This document shows positions 63,163 to 64,000 of a stretch of 64,000 nt of DNA, in pieces. Source of the stretch: Lepidodermella squamata (taxonomy: Eukaryota; Animalia; Gastrotricha); the NCBI GenBank assembly GCA_047495785.1, contig JBLDXI010000034.1:806001-870000 (forward strand), read 5' to 3'. The notes beneath the pieces are model-generated. The model did no database searches, was not told the DNA's origin, and worked only from the letters and a program-made list of their open reading frames with translations. Position 1 is the stretch's first letter, and every line of letters starts with the position of its first letter. Made by a program: the position numbers and the translations under genes.

Positions 63163-64000
63163 CTCGTTTTTTCTCCGGCATACGCAGTCAACTAGCTACT
63201 GGCAATTTAAATAACTAACAACTGAATCAGGTTTAAAAATAGTATGGAGCTACCTTAATAGCCTCTTTGTTGGGTTCGTCAACTGTTTGGTCAGGCTGTA
63301 GAATAAAAGGTACGATGCATCACGTTTAAAGCAACAATTCAGACGACATGGAAAATCAATCAAACCTTTGAATACAGCATGGGTGCTGATTTCAGCAGGA
63401 AACTAATGGCTTGAAGCTGACTTGAGGTCGGCCGATCATCAGGATTCACGGCTAGCATTGACATAACAAAATCGCGGAACTCATCGGAATAGCCGCGGGA
63501 CTCGTCAAATGGTTTCAGGTTATTACTAAAGTATTATTGAGTTTAGCTTGATTAAACTTGAAATTTTACCTCGAAATATCCACCATCGTGATGAACTATA
63601 TAATTATTAAAACTTAGTGAGTAATCGCTCGAGACCATTCTCATACGGGTTCTTTGAAGTTGGCTAATTTGAAGAGCGCGAATCCAAACGACCAAACATC
63701 ACTTGCAGCTGATTTTGGTTTACGCTTTGATACCTCAAGACTTATAACCTCAGGAGGGGAAGCAGACCACTTAGTTAGAGCAGACATCGGCGAACCGCTG
63801 TAATTATAGAATAGCAAACGTAATACCGCTCCTTTTTAATCCTACGTGTCTGATTTCTCGATGATTCCCAAGTCAGCTAGTTTCGCTGTGCCGCGGTCTT
63901 CCGTTAGTAGTATATTGCTTGTCGTTATATTACGATGAACGATACTCCGGCCGTGAAGATAAACCAAAGCGGATACGAGCTGACGCGACCATATTTGAAG

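Overview
Eukaryotic (metazoan-type) genomic DNA with compact genes, ~45-65 bp spliceosomal introns and TTAGGG-type interstitial repeats. The window is dominated by a + strand cluster of 11 gene copies (about 7 distinct paralogs) of an unusual receptor family. Each gene encodes a signal peptide, then 1, 2 or 4 tandem ~220-aa Cys-containing beta-sandwich domains resembling L-type (ERGIC-53/VIP36/ConA-like) lectin domains with Ser/Thr-rich linkers. These are fused to a complete nicotinic-type Cys-loop ligand-gated ion channel module (C-x13-C loop, 4 TM, acidic -1' residue, almost no intracellular loop, no canonical ACh aromatic box). The channel is always in one terminal exon, while the lectin-like modules are phase-1 exon cassettes whose number varies between paralogs. 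Positions 1-18475 are a second copy of ~34974-52864. The junction at 18475/18476 fuses a truncated channel gene to a decayed non-LTR retrotransposon, consistent with a ~34.4 kb tandem duplication or a haplotype mis-join. Other genes are a GABA-B-like class C GPCR, HDAC11 (x2), NmrA-like (x2, one with a deletion), a PPPDE/DeSI-like peptidase (x2) and a frameshifted ankyrin-repeat gene. There is also a foldback element, a hAT-like MITE and telomere-like tracts. Exon structures were built by hand from splice signals and paralog comparison; domain identities come from motif recognition, not database searches.
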